Assembly: GCA_903884815.1 (NCBI GenBank) | Contig: CAISGE010000002.1 | Coordinates: 109,955 to 173,954 of the forward strand | DNA: 64,000 nucleotides | Direction: 5' to 3' | From: Candidatus Omnitrophota bacterium | GTDB lineage: Bacteria; Omnitrophota; Omnitrophia; Omnitrophales; Aquincolibacteriaceae | Part shown: positions 9,398-18,313 of the stretch, one piece after another | Position numbering within the stretch: the stretch's first letter is position 1 | How the letters are laid out: each line of letters starts with the position of its first letter | Notes under the pieces: model-generated | Database searches by the model: none | Seen by the model: the letters and a program-made list of their open reading frames with translations, nothing else | Told to the model about the DNA's origin: nothing | Made by a program: the position numbers and the translations under genes

Positions 9398-9862
9398 ATG
9401 AAAAACATGAGAAAAGGTTTCACGCTTGTAGAAGTACTGATTGTCGTTGTCATCATCGCTATTCTCGCCTCGCTTATTGTGCCGCGTATGCTCATGCAGA
9501 CCGAAAAGGCCAAAGCCGCCGAAGCTCTCCAGATGATAGGTGCTATCAAACGCGCTGCGGATAGGTACTACGATTTCCATGGAACTTATATTACCCCCAC
9601 TTACGAAATTTATGCGGACCCTGCAGGAGCTGCATCCGCAGAGGGTGATTGGGCGGATCTCGGCCTTGACGACAGCAATATCAGAAAAACAAAGTACTGG
9701 GCTTATAATTATTCTCCCGGGAATAACATCCTCGACGTGCAGACGCCCGATGGGGTAAAATTCGCAACTTACAATATGCAAACGGAGCTGTGGAGTTGCG
9801 ACGGGATTTTTTTTAAAGAGCTTAAAAATGCCGGTGGCAATGTGACCGGCCGCACGATTTAA
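9398..9862 (+). CDS. Type IV pilin or pseudopilin (prepilin-type N-terminal cleavage/methylation domain protein), paralog 1.
   Basis: Class III signal MKNMRKG|FTLVEVLIVVVIIAILASLIVPRM with Glu at +5. C-terminal Cys pair (WSCDG...). RBS GGGGGAAGG. Confidence 0.8.
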   Translation: MKNMRKGFTLVEVLIVVVIIAILASLIVPRMLMQTEKAKAAEALQMIGAIKRAADRYYDFHGTYITPTYEIYADPAGAASAEGDWADLGLDDSNIRKTKYWAYNYSPGNNILDVQTPDGVKFATYNMQTELWSCDGIFFKELKNAGGNVTGRTI

Positions 9863-9928
9863 AAGCAGAATAGAGTAGGTGGTGTGTTGAAAGGGAGCGC
9901 GGCCTATTTCACGCGGGAAAACAGGGTC

Positions 9929-10438
9929 ATGGAAAACACGAAAAAAGGATTTACGCTTGTTGAAGTGCTGATCGTTGTCGTCATTATTGCCATCCTCGCT
10001 TCGCTCATCGTGCCTCGCATGCTCATGCAGACCGAGAAAGCCAAAGCTGCCGAAGCCTTTCAGATGATGGGGGCCATCAAACGAGCAGCGGAAAGATATT
10101 ACGACTTTGCGGGAAGTTATAATGTTCCTTTTCAGGGAAGTATGATTTTTACGAGACCTGACGGGGGTGCGAATATTGGCGATTGGTCCGAACTTGGCCT
10201 CACAGGTATAGAGAAATCAAAGAATTGGTATTACATTTACCAAGGGACGGGCGCCAGTTACGCCATCATTGCCTATGATGACATAGCTTCCGAAAAACGC
10301 AAGGCGGAGATCCATTACGAGGGCTATGAAGATATCAATGAGGTAAGCTTTTGGGTTTGCGCAGGTACTTTTAAACCGATAGAACCTCCCGCGCCGGGAC
10401 ATGGTATGGAGACATCTGTGAAGGGCTGCACGATTTAA
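9929..10438 (+). CDS. Type IV pilin or pseudopilin, paralog 2.
   Basis: MENTKKG|FTLVEVLIVVVIIAILASLIVPRMLMQTEKAKAAEAFQMMGAIKRA, the same N-terminus as paralog 1. C-terminal Cys pair (WVCAG...KGCTI). The six-frame ORF begins further upstream at 9884. Confidence 0.75.
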   Translation: MENTKKGFTLVEVLIVVVIIAILASLIVPRMLMQTEKAKAAEAFQMMGAIKRAAERYYDFAGSYNVPFQGSMIFTRPDGGANIGDWSELGLTGIEKSKNWYYIYQGTGASYAIIAYDDIASEKRKAEIHYEGYEDINEVSFWVCAGTFKPIEPPAPGHGMETSVKGCTI

Positions 10439-10480
10439 AGATTAAGAAGGGAAACGGGTAGCGGCGAACGGGGAAAGCAT

Positions 10481-10942
10481 ATGAAAAATAGAAAAAAAGG
10501 ATTTACGCTTGTTGAAGTGCTGATCGTTGTCGTCATTATTGCCATCCTTGCATCGCTCATCGTGCCGCGTATGCTGATGCAGACCGAAAAAGCCAAAGCT
10601 GCCGAAGCCCTCCAGATGGTGGGTGCTATGAAAAGGGCCCTCGAGAGATACGTCGATATGTCTGCGACTCGTCCGCAGCTAGATCTGAATTCGGGCCACA
10701 GTTATGGGAATATAGAGACAACTGGCCATTGGTCAGATCTTGGGCTTCCACTCATGGACAAATCGCAATTCTGGAATTATTTTGCCTATGCGGATGACAC
10801 TATGTGGCAAGTCTCTGTTTATGACGCTGCGAGCGACTCAAAATACATAGTTTTCACCGAATACTACGGTCCACCTATTTCAGATATTTGGGGCTGCGAT
10901 GGGGTCCTTTTTAAGTCCGTGAATGGCGTTTGCACGGTTTAA
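10481..10942 (+). CDS. Type IV pilin or pseudopilin, paralog 3.
   Basis: MKNRKKG|FTLVEVLIVVVIIAILASLIVPRMLMQTEKAKAAEALQMVGAMKRA. The 5' 130 nt are nearly identical to paralog 2 at the DNA level. C-terminal Cys pair (WGCDG...GVCTV). Confidence 0.8.
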   Translation: MKNRKKGFTLVEVLIVVVIIAILASLIVPRMLMQTEKAKAAEALQMVGAMKRALERYVDMSATRPQLDLNSGHSYGNIETTGHWSDLGLPLMDKSQFWNYFAYADDTMWQVSVYDAASDSKYIVFTEYYGPPISDIWGCDGVLFKSVNGVCTV

Positions 10943-11021
10943 AAAGGGAATAGTCCGCTGCCTGAAAACCACCGTGTTTTCCGCTAGAATCCTACTGATT
11001 CTGAAACTCGCCCATGGATTT

Positions 11022-11066
11022 TATTCACACCACTGTCTGTCTAACGAACGATGCTGGATTGCCTCA
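11022..11066 (-). repeat. Pseudo-copy of the comM 3' end. The minus strand encodes EAIQHRSLDRQWCE-stop, versus the true comM terminus EAIQYRSLDRQWYG-stop. Att-like direct repeat bounding the ORF6N insertion.
   Basis: A direct repeat of roughly 45 nt at about 75% identity, sharing the 15-nt core ACCACTGTCTGTCTA, with comM 11621-11665. The stop codon is preserved at the equivalent position. Confidence 0.55.
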
Positions 11067-11070
11067 TGCG

Positions 11071-11592
11071 TTATGTCTGAAACCCAATCGGACCTTTGGG
11101 TTTTTTCGAAGTGGAAGCCGGTGGTTCGAGGAGTTCTTTGATGGCCTTGAATACAATCTGAAACTGATGGTCGTATTTTCTCTCCATCGCCTCGATTTTC
11201 TGTCGCAGCTCCTTGTTCCCCGCTAGCATTTCCCGTAATTGGGTAAATGTCCGCATTATCTGGATGTTGACTTGAATTGCTCGTTTGCTGTTAAGAACGC
11301 TGGAAAGCATTAGGATGCCATGCTCTGTGAACGCAAAAGGAGGCTTGCGTGTTCCTCCCCAACTTGTTCCGCCAAAATGGCGGGTCAAGTTTGTAAGCTC
11401 TTCTCTTGTAAGGACTAAGAGAAAGTCATCCGGAAAGCGTTCTGTGTTTCTGCGCACCTGGCGCTTGAGATGCTCGGTTTCGACTCCATAAAGTTCTGCC
11501 AAGCCTCTGTCGAACATGACCTTTTTTCCCCGAAGCAGGAAAATCTTGCTCTGAATTACTTCTTGCGGGACGAGAGCCTTTGATCCTGCCAT
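11071..11592 (-). CDS. ORF6N-domain protein (phage/Bro-N-like DNA-binding family).
   Basis: IFLLRGKKVMFDRGLAELYGVETEHLKRQVRRNTERFPDDFLLVLTREEL matches the ORF6N signature. Start at 11592 (MAGSK) with AAAGGA upstream. The six-frame ORF extends to 11628, overlapping the comM end. Confidence 0.7.
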   Translation of the reverse strand: MAGSKALVPQEVIQSKIFLLRGKKVMFDRGLAELYGVETEHLKRQVRRNTERFPDDFLLVLTREELTNLTRHFGGTSWGGTRKPPFAFTEHGILMLSSVLNSKRAIQVNIQIMRTFTQLREMLAGNKELRQKIEAMERKYDHQFQIVFKAIKELLEPPASTSKKPKGPIGFQT

Positions 11593-11620
11593 GGGTTTGT
11601 TTTCCTTTCTGATGTCACGG

Positions 11621-13138
11621 TTATCCATACCACTGTCTGTCTAGGCTGCGATATTGAATTGCCTCAGCAATATGCTCGCTTTGAATTTGTTCGCACCCCG
11701 CCAGATCACCGATTGTTCGGGCGATTTTGAGAATCTTATAATAAGCCCTCGCCGATAAATGGAGTTCCTTCATCGCCATTTCGATAAGCTTGCGGCCCTG
11801 CATGTCCGGCGTTGCGAATTCCTTGATGTCCCTGGGATTCATCTGGGAATTAGTTTTATAGGACCTCATGCGGTAGCGTGACCTTTGGATCGTTCGGCAC
11901 GCGCAAACTCTCTCCCGTATCACTGACGAACTTTCCGACGGTTCTTGACTCGTCAGCGTCTGGAACGATAAGGCCGGCACTTCAATATGAATATCGATCC
12001 TGTCGAGCACCGGCCCCGAGATCTTAGACTGATATTTATGGATTGCCCCTAGCGAGCACCGGCAGGTCTTGCGTGTATCGCCGAGATAACCACACGGACA
12101 GGGATTCATCGCCGCGACTAATAAAAAATGGGCAGGGAAGGTGATCTGGTTCTTGGCTCTCGAGATCGTGATGTAGCCGTCCTCCAAGGGACCGCGCAAG
12201 GTTTCCAGTGCGTCGCGACGGAATTCCGGAAGTTCATCCAGGAAAAGGACGCCGCCGTGGGAAAGTGACATTTCTCCGGGGCGGGGAGAGGTGCCGCCTC
12301 CGGCGAGAGCAATGGCGGACGCGGTGTAATGGGGCGAGCGGAAGGGGCGCTCGGCGATTAGTCCGCTTCCTTGAGGGATCGACCCCGCCACACTGTGGAT
12401 CTTGGTGATCTCCAGGGCCTCCTCGGTTGTCATGGGAGGGAGGAGGGTCGGGATTCGCTTGGCGAGCATCGTCTTTCCGCTTCCGGGAGGGCCGATGAAA
12501 AGGATCTTGTGATCTCCCGAGACGGCAATCTCCAGGGCGCGCTTAGCGGCCTGCTGGCCGCGCACCTCGGAGAAATCAAGAAGATGGGAGGACGGGTTCA
12601 TGTTCTTATAGGGAATATTCCGGAGAGGCTCGACGCTGCGCTCTCCGGTCAGAAATTCTACGGTTTCACGGAGATTCTTGACGGGATAGACGGAGACGTC
12701 TTTGGCTAATGCCGCTTCCCCCCCGTTTTCGGCTGGGAGGACAAACGAGGATTCCCGAAAGCCCGAAGTGATGGCAATAACGCCTTTCAGAGGGCGCAAG
12801 GCCCCGTCGAGGGCCAGTTCTCCGATAAAGATATGTTTTGCCAGCTTTTCAGGGGGGATGATCCCGTGGCAGGCCAGAATTCCCAAGGCGATAGGGAAGT
12901 CAAAAGAAGCGCCTTCCTTCTTGATGTCCGCTGGGGCGAGACTGATGGTGATCTTATCCGGCGGGATATGGAAACCGCTATTTTTGAGGGCGGTGCGAAC
13001 CCTTTCCCGGGCCTCCTTGATGCTGGTGTCGGCGAGGCCCACCAGGATTAGCTGGGGAAGCCCGTCGCTGATATCGACCTCGATATCCACCGGAAAGGCG
13101 TGGATGCCAATGGCGAAGGCGCTTTTGATGCGTATCAT
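11621..13138 (-). CDS. comM: YifB/ComM family Mg-chelatase-like AAA+ ATPase (competence protein ComM).
   Basis: MIRIKSAFAIGIHAFPVDIEVDISDGLPQLILVGL... ChlI-like N-terminus, a Walker A (GPPGSGKT), an AAA+ core and a C-terminal Mg-chelatase subunit ChlI domain. The ATG at 13138 matches the family N-terminus. Confidence 0.85.
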   Translation of the reverse strand: MIRIKSAFAIGIHAFPVDIEVDISDGLPQLILVGLADTSIKEARERVRTALKNSGFHIPPDKITISLAPADIKKEGASFDFPIALGILACHGIIPPEKLAKHIFIGELALDGALRPLKGVIAITSGFRESSFVLPAENGGEAALAKDVSVYPVKNLRETVEFLTGERSVEPLRNIPYKNMNPSSHLLDFSEVRGQQAAKRALEIAVSGDHKILFIGPPGSGKTMLAKRIPTLLPPMTTEEALEITKIHSVAGSIPQGSGLIAERPFRSPHYTASAIALAGGGTSPRPGEMSLSHGGVLFLDELPEFRRDALETLRGPLEDGYITISRAKNQITFPAHFLLVAAMNPCPCGYLGDTRKTCRCSLGAIHKYQSKISGPVLDRIDIHIEVPALSFQTLTSQEPSESSSVIRERVCACRTIQRSRYRMRSYKTNSQMNPRDIKEFATPDMQGRKLIEMAMKELHLSARAYYKILKIARTIGDLAGCEQIQSEHIAEAIQYRSLDRQWYG

Positions 13139-13316
13139 GGGATCTCCCTTCGTTATAACCCCGAAACAAACACGCTTGCTTTTTAAATAAGCTAAACTTA
13201 TAATGACGCACTTCATGAGGCCGTTGCTCACTGGAAGTGCTTCTTTATCATATTATTAATGATAATAATTCATAAACAAGAAAGGTGTCAACCTTTTTCC
13301 TGTTCACAAATCCCTT

Positions 13317-13781
13317 ATGATCGATGTCTTGAATCCTCCATTTCATAGTGAAAGAGCCTACGCCGCCGTCTTATTGAGCTGGTTCGTCGCCCAGGCTCTT
13401 AAGGTGATACTGGGAGGAGCGAGTCACAAAAAATTTGACGTCCGTTGGCTTTTTGACACGGGCGGGATGCCCAGCGCGCACTCCGCGACCGTGGCTAGTC
13501 TCGCCACTGTGGTGGGGCTCTATTATGGCTTCAACAGCATTCCTGCCTTGATGGGATTGATCATTTGCCTTATCACGATGTTCGATGCCGCAGGCGTCCG
13601 CCGGCATTTGGGCACGCAGGGGAAGATCCTCAATGAGATCGTCGACGAGTTTTACGCGAAGGGCGCGGTCCCGGAGAAGCGTCTCAAGGAACTTTTGGGA
13701 CACACGCCTGTCGAAGTGATCGCCGGCGCGGCTTTAGGAATTTTCATGGCCTATCTTTTTTGTGCATGGACCGTCTCATGA
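13317..13781 (+). CDS. Divergent PAP2 (acid phosphatase/vanadium haloperoxidase-related, YuiD-like) membrane protein.
   Basis: GGMPSAHSATVASLATVVG and MFDAAGVRRHLGTQGKILNEIV motifs typical of DUF212/divergent PAP2. Confidence 0.6.
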   Translation: MIDVLNPPFHSERAYAAVLLSWFVAQALKVILGGASHKKFDVRWLFDTGGMPSAHSATVASLATVVGLYYGFNSIPALMGLIICLITMFDAAGVRRHLGTQGKILNEIVDEFYAKGAVPEKRLKELLGHTPVEVIAGAALGIFMAYLFCAWTVS

Positions 13782-14716
13782 AAAAAAACATCCTTCTGAA
13801 GACCCTGATCGTCGCAATATTTCTTGCGCCTATGATGGCCTATGGGGCCGAGACGCCTGTCAAAGAGGCGGTGGACCACGAGGCTCGCGTGACGGAATCT
13901 CCCAAGAGCGCACCGGGAGGCGCGCTGCAGAAAAACGACCACGATGCTTTTAACGAAAAGCATATGGTGGTCCCTGAATCCCGGCCCGAACCTGTCGCGA
14001 CGGTTTCCGGAGCGGAAAAGAAAAAAAGTCAGGCCGCGGCCGTGAAAAAGGAGAACGATGTTTGGAAGACCTCTTCCAACGTTCCTTCCAGGAAAAAAGC
14101 GCCGGACGTTTCAGCGAAGACCGAGACGGTTTCAAAGCTCAACACGGATGAGATGCAGAAGCGGTGGAAAGCCTTGTTTTCCAAGGACGCTTCCCCCGAC
14201 AGCATTTTCTGCGTTGTAAAGCCCGGCGACAGTCTTTATGTTCTCGCCCAAAAAAACCACACGACAGTCGAGTTCATCAAAAAGATCAACCATCTCACGA
14301 GTGACGACATTTATATCGGGAAAAAGCTCAAAATCCACACCGCTCCTTTTTCGATCGTGGTGGATAAGGCGAAGAACACCCTCGTGCTTTATTCTGGGGA
14401 TCTGCCGGTGAAAAAATATTCCGTAGCAACCGGGAAAAAGAACTGCACGCCGGTTGGCGAGTTCAAGATCACGGACAAACTTACGAATCCGACTTGGTTT
14501 AAGACCGGCGCGATTCTTCCCCCGGGGAGTCCGGAGAATGCGCTCGGGACCCGGTGGATGGGCTTGGACAAGCCGTCCTACGGCATTCATGGAACGATCG
14601 AGCCCAAGAGCATCGGCACGCAGGCCTCCGAAGGCTGCATCCGGATGCTGAACGAAGAGGTCGAAGAACTTTACAGCATTGTGCCGGTAGGTACCAAGGT
14701 CACCATCCAGGATTAA
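13778..14716 (+). CDS. LysM domain plus L,D-transpeptidase (YkuD) protein with a signal peptide.
   Basis: Signal MKKNILLKTLIVAIFLAPMMAYGAE. LysM (VKPGDSLYVLAQKNHTTVEFIKKINHL). L,D-transpeptidase catalytic block (YGIHGT...SEGCIRM). An ATGA overlap with the upstream stop. Confidence 0.75.
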   Translation: MKKNILLKTLIVAIFLAPMMAYGAETPVKEAVDHEARVTESPKSAPGGALQKNDHDAFNEKHMVVPESRPEPVATVSGAEKKKSQAAAVKKENDVWKTSSNVPSRKKAPDVSAKTETVSKLNTDEMQKRWKALFSKDASPDSIFCVVKPGDSLYVLAQKNHTTVEFIKKINHLTSDDIYIGKKLKIHTAPFSIVVDKAKNTLVLYSGDLPVKKYSVATGKKNCTPVGEFKITDKLTNPTWFKTGAILPPGSPENALGTRWMGLDKPSYGIHGTIEPKSIGTQASEGCIRMLNEEVEELYSIVPVGTKVTIQD

Positions 14717-14737
14717 TCAAAAGAGGCCTTCTTTTCT

Positions 14738-15790
14738 ATGACTAAAAAAACGAAGAAGAAAAAAATCGTTAAAAAACAAATCGTGGCGCCTGTCGAGATC
14801 CGGGAAAAGATCAAGCTTGGGACGCGCGATATCTTTGACACGTGCCTCGCGTTCGAACGGCCGGTCGTGGAGATGGAAAAAAAGATCAACGAGCTTCGCA
14901 AGATCAATCATGAAGGGATCGATCTTTCCGGCGAGATCAAAAGCGCCGAGAAAAAGCTTGAGAAGGCCATTCAGGACATCTTCGATCATTTAACGCCGTG
15001 GCAGCGCGTGCAGGTTGCGCGGCATCCGCTTCGCCCTTACACGCTCGACTATGTGAGTTTTCTCACTACCGATTTTTTAGAGTTACACGGTGACCGGCGC
15101 TTTAGCGATGACCGGGCGATCGTGACGGGGATCGCGAAATGGGGCGGCAAGGAACCCGTTTGTATAATCGGGCACCAGAAAGGCCGCGATACCAAAGAAA
15201 ATCTGATGCGGAGTTTCGGGAGCGCCCATCCGGAAGGCTATCGCAAAGCCATGCGCGTGATGACCCTGGCGGAGAAGCATAATATTCCTATTCTTTGTTT
15301 TATCGATACGCCGGGCGCTTATCCCGGGATCGGCGCCGAGGAGCGCGGGCAGGCCGAGGCGATTGCCTACAACCTCAGAGCGATGGGGGAACTCAAGGTT
15401 CCCATTATTTGCGTGGTGATCGGTGAGGGCGGAAGCGGCGGGGCCTTGGGGATCGGGGTCGGCGACAGGATCTATGTCATGGAAAATGCGTACTACTCGG
15501 TGATCTCCCCGGAAGGCTGCGCGGCCATTCTCTGGAAAGAACCCACACGCGCTCCGGATGCCGCGACGGCTTTAAAATTGACCGGCCCGGATCTTCTCGA
15601 GCTTGGCGTGATCGATGGCGTGATCCCGGAGCCGCTCGGCGGCGCTCACCGGGATTTTAACGCGACCGCGGAGAATCTTCGCAAGACGGTCAGCGAAGCT
15701 CTCGAAGAGCTTAACAAGATCCCCCGGAAAGAACTTCCGGACCTGCGTTATCAGAAGTTCCGCAAAATGGGTGTTTTTTCCACGAAGTAG
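14738..15790 (+). CDS. accA: Acetyl-CoA carboxylase carboxyltransferase alpha subunit.
   Basis: Strong family match: PILCFIDTPGAYPGIGAEERGQAEAIAYNLRAMGELKVPIICVVIGEGGSGGALG. Has a Lys-rich N-terminal extension. Confidence 0.9.
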   Translation: MTKKTKKKKIVKKQIVAPVEIREKIKLGTRDIFDTCLAFERPVVEMEKKINELRKINHEGIDLSGEIKSAEKKLEKAIQDIFDHLTPWQRVQVARHPLRPYTLDYVSFLTTDFLELHGDRRFSDDRAIVTGIAKWGGKEPVCIIGHQKGRDTKENLMRSFGSAHPEGYRKAMRVMTLAEKHNIPILCFIDTPGAYPGIGAEERGQAEAIAYNLRAMGELKVPIICVVIGEGGSGGALGIGVGDRIYVMENAYYSVISPEGCAAILWKEPTRAPDAATALKLTGPDLLELGVIDGVIPEPLGGAHRDFNATAENLRKTVSEALEELNKIPRKELPDLRYQKFRKMGVFSTK

Positions 15791-15917
15791 CACGCTGCGC
15801 ACGAAGTTTAAAGTGGATTTATGGTGGAAGAGCGTGTTGCGTTCCTATCTGCGAATCCCGAGCGGTACACGCTAAAAAATACGGCAGTTTTTAAAGCGGA
15901 AAATTCCTCCCGACCCT

Positions 15918-16127
15918 TTAGGCGGCTCCCCAGAGCTGTTTTTTCAAGTTCATCAATCTCTCGAACAATTTCTTTTCCTGCACAACTTCCCGCAGAGTGT
16001 TTTCAGGAATATCCAGCAAGGCTACCTCGCTAACGCGATCAATGTGTTCGGGGAAGCGGTGCGCGAGCTCATAGGTGGGGATGCCCTGCCTGTATTTCAG
16101 ATCGAATAATTTTTCATAGAGTGTCAT
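15918..16127 (-). CDS. Small hypothetical protein (69 aa).
   Basis: Strong RBS GGGAGGT 6 nt upstream of the ATG. No recognisable domain. Confidence 0.4.
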   Translation of the reverse strand: MTLYEKLFDLKYRQGIPTYELAHRFPEHIDRVSEVALLDIPENTLREVVQEKKLFERLMNLKKQLWGAA

Positions 16128-16292
16128 TTTTTACCTCCCGAGTATGTGTATCACTTCGGCATCTTTTGCTGAATCTATCGACTTTGTTGAAGATTTCCTA
16201 AAAAATTAATTATTTTATATCTATATATAGCGTTACTATCCAAAAATGAGCACAATTACTTGTGGAACATTAAAATACCTTCACTTTTTGCG

Positions 16293-16318
16293 TTGACGGG
16301 AAAAAAATTTGTTATAGA
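16293..16318 (+). promoter_or_regulatory. Candidate sigma-70-like promoter (TTGACG ... TATAGA) within an AT-rich region upstream of the TPR-like/MerR/FliA gene group.
   Basis: AT-rich 200-nt region at 16140-16355. The hexamers were read from the sequence and their spacing is suboptimal. Confidence 0.2.
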
Positions 16319-16355
16319 TTGTAAAGTATAAAGTGTAATTTACATTTTATAAACT

Positions 16356-17039
16356 ATGAGAACAATAACGCTAATGACTATTGCGATGTTGGTGCTGACG
16401 CCGATTCAGTCGACGGAGGCTTTTCTCGGGTTTGGAGAAAAAAAAGAAAAGCCGCTCGTTCAGGCCCGGAAAAGTTTTAGTAATCACGAATACTACACCG
16501 CGCGCCGCTTGACCCAGCAAGCCCTCGAAAAAAATCCACAGGATCCCGAAGCGACAAAGATGATGGGCGCCATCCTTGATAAGGAGATCGAGCGCCAGAA
16601 GGAACAGCTCTTGCCCCAGGCCGTTGAAGAAATGAATGCGGATGACAAGCAGGACGCGATCAAGACCTGGCTCGAGCGGAGCCGCTCGCTTTTCGCGGTG
16701 AGCCAATATGATCTGGCGCTTTTCGCGGCGGAAAAGGTTTTTCTTTATGACGCGAATAATGCCGCTGCCTCAGAACTCATCGATGAGATCAAGGGGAAGG
16801 CCCTCAAGGAGGGCAAGGCCGACACGCTTTTTATTCATAAGATGTACAAGGAAGAGATCGCGGACCGTCTGGAACAATATCGTACCCAGGCTGAGGATCT
16901 GGCGTCTCAGGGACTTTTCGGGCAGGCCCAGTTCACTGCCGAAAAGATCCTCATGCTCGAACCCGAGGATCCCAAGGCCCTCGGCGTTCTTCAGAAAGTC
17001 CTTTCACACATGGACAGGACAAGGAGCGAATCGCTATGA
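16356..17039 (+). CDS. Secreted TPR-like, coiled-coil protein; hypothetical.
   Basis: Signal peptide MRTITLMTIAMLVLTPIQSTEA. Helical, TPR-like composition. Confidence 0.5.
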   Translation: MRTITLMTIAMLVLTPIQSTEAFLGFGEKKEKPLVQARKSFSNHEYYTARRLTQQALEKNPQDPEATKMMGAILDKEIERQKEQLLPQAVEEMNADDKQDAIKTWLERSRSLFAVSQYDLALFAAEKVFLYDANNAAASELIDEIKGKALKEGKADTLFIHKMYKEEIADRLEQYRTQAEDLASQGLFGQAQFTAEKILMLEPEDPKALGVLQKVLSHMDRTRSESL

Positions 17040-17278
17040 AGCGCGAAAAACTCTATAAGATCGGGGAAGTAATGCAGTACACAAGTCTTTCGAGGCAAAC
17101 ACTTCATAACTATACGGTTGCCGGGCTGATCCATGAGGCCCGGAGGACCATCTCAGGGCACCGGCTTTATGATGAATCAGCGTTCGACCGTCTGGAACAG
17201 ATCAAGATCTTGCAAGCGAAGAATTATACATTAAGCCAAATCAAAAAGATCCTCGAACAGCAAGAGACACCCAAATGA
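17036..17278 (+). CDS. MerR-family HTH transcriptional regulator (small).
   Basis: YKIGEVMQYTSLSRQTLHNYTVAGLI...GHRLYDESAFDRLEQIKILQ MerR-type HTH. An ATGA overlap with the upstream gene. Confidence 0.65.
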   Translation: MKREKLYKIGEVMQYTSLSRQTLHNYTVAGLIHEARRTISGHRLYDESAFDRLEQIKILQAKNYTLSQIKKILEQQETPK

Positions 17279-17299
17279 AGGGTTCTCGAGCTGGGCGCG

Positions 17300-18097
17300 G
17301 TGAAAAGGAGACCCCCCATGCACGAAGATGAGATCAAGATGTGGAAGAAGTTCAAGAGAAGCAAGAGCCTTCCGTTGCGTGAAGAGATCGTGAAGAAATA
17401 TTTGTATCTCGTGAAGTATGTCGCGGGCCGGGTGGCGATCGGACTTCCGTCGAGCGTCGAGTTCAACGACCTCGTCAGCTACGGGATCCTGGGGCTTTTT
17501 GACGCGATCAATAAATATGACGTCTCCCAGGGCAACAAGTTCGAGACCTATGCCGTCTCCCGCATTCGCGGCTCGATCATGGACGAACTTCGCAAACTCG
17601 ACTGGGCGCCCCGGCTTCTGCGCAAGCGGGCGCGGGAGATCGACCGGAAATGCAAAGAGCTCGAAGAGAAGAACGGCCGCTTGGCCACGGATGATGAAGT
17701 GGCGAAGGCCCTGAAGATCTCCACCGACGATTTGAACTCGATCTACAGCGATCTCAATTCCACGACCTTTCTGTCGCTGGATGAGGTGTGGCAGAACGAT
17801 GACGGCAATAAGCCTATCTCGCGTCTTCAGACGATCGAAGATTCCCTGATCACGGACCAGTTCAATTATGTCCACCAGAACGAAGTGAAGGAGCTGTTGG
17901 CCGAGGCGATCGATCAGCTTCCCGAAAAGGAAAAGCTCGTGATCGTGCTCTACTATTACGAGAATCTGACGCTTCGCGAGATCGGCGAGATCCTGGATGT
18001 TTCCGAGTCCCGAGTTTGCCAGATCCACACGAAAGTCGTCACGCGCCTGCGCGGTCATCTGATGCGTCGCGCCGGTCACTTGACCATGGAAGCCTAA
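17300..18097 (+). CDS. fliA: RNA polymerase sigma factor, FliA/WhiG (sigma-28) subfamily.
   Basis: Region 2 (FNDLVSYGILGLFDAINKYD...FETYAVSRIRGSIMDELRKLDW), region 3 and region 4 (LTLREIGEILDVSESRVCQIHTKVVTRLR). Confidence 0.8.
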   Translation: MKRRPPMHEDEIKMWKKFKRSKSLPLREEIVKKYLYLVKYVAGRVAIGLPSSVEFNDLVSYGILGLFDAINKYDVSQGNKFETYAVSRIRGSIMDELRKLDWAPRLLRKRAREIDRKCKELEEKNGRLATDDEVAKALKISTDDLNSIYSDLNSTTFLSLDEVWQNDDGNKPISRLQTIEDSLITDQFNYVHQNEVKELLAEAIDQLPEKEKLVIVLYYYENLTLREIGEILDVSESRVCQIHTKVVTRLRGHLMRRAGHLTMEA

Positions 18098-18159
18098 GCG
18101 AGAGGGAAGACGAAAAGGAACAGAAGATAAAAAATCCAGCACCTTTGTTACAAAAGTAT

Positions 18160-18186
18160 TAAGTTTTGTCACGCTGCGTCGATATA
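18160..18186 (+). promoter_or_regulatory. Sigma-28-type promoter candidate upstream of flgM: TAAGTTTT-N11-TCGATATA, versus the consensus TAAAGTTT-N11-GCCGATAA.
   Basis: Motif read from the sequence. The spacer is exactly 11 nt. Lies 128 nt upstream of the flgM ATG. Confidence 0.35.
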
Positions 18187-18313
18187 AAGAGAGTCACAGC
18201 GAAGGAAGCCGTGTAGTTGTCTTATCCCAAAACGGCCTGCCGCTCAGGACGAAGCCCGAAGTGAAAAACAGGGCTCGCCAAAAGCGACCGCAAGTGGCTT
18301 AAAGGCAGGAAGA

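Noticed and set aside
11014-11226. 70-aa ORF on the plus strand
   Set aside because: It spans the comM pseudo-terminus repeat and the 3' end of the ORF6N gene. The comM-remnant interpretation on the minus strand explains this DNA better.
17231-18172. 313-aa ORF on the minus strand
   Set aside because: It is antisense to the fliA-like sigma factor gene.
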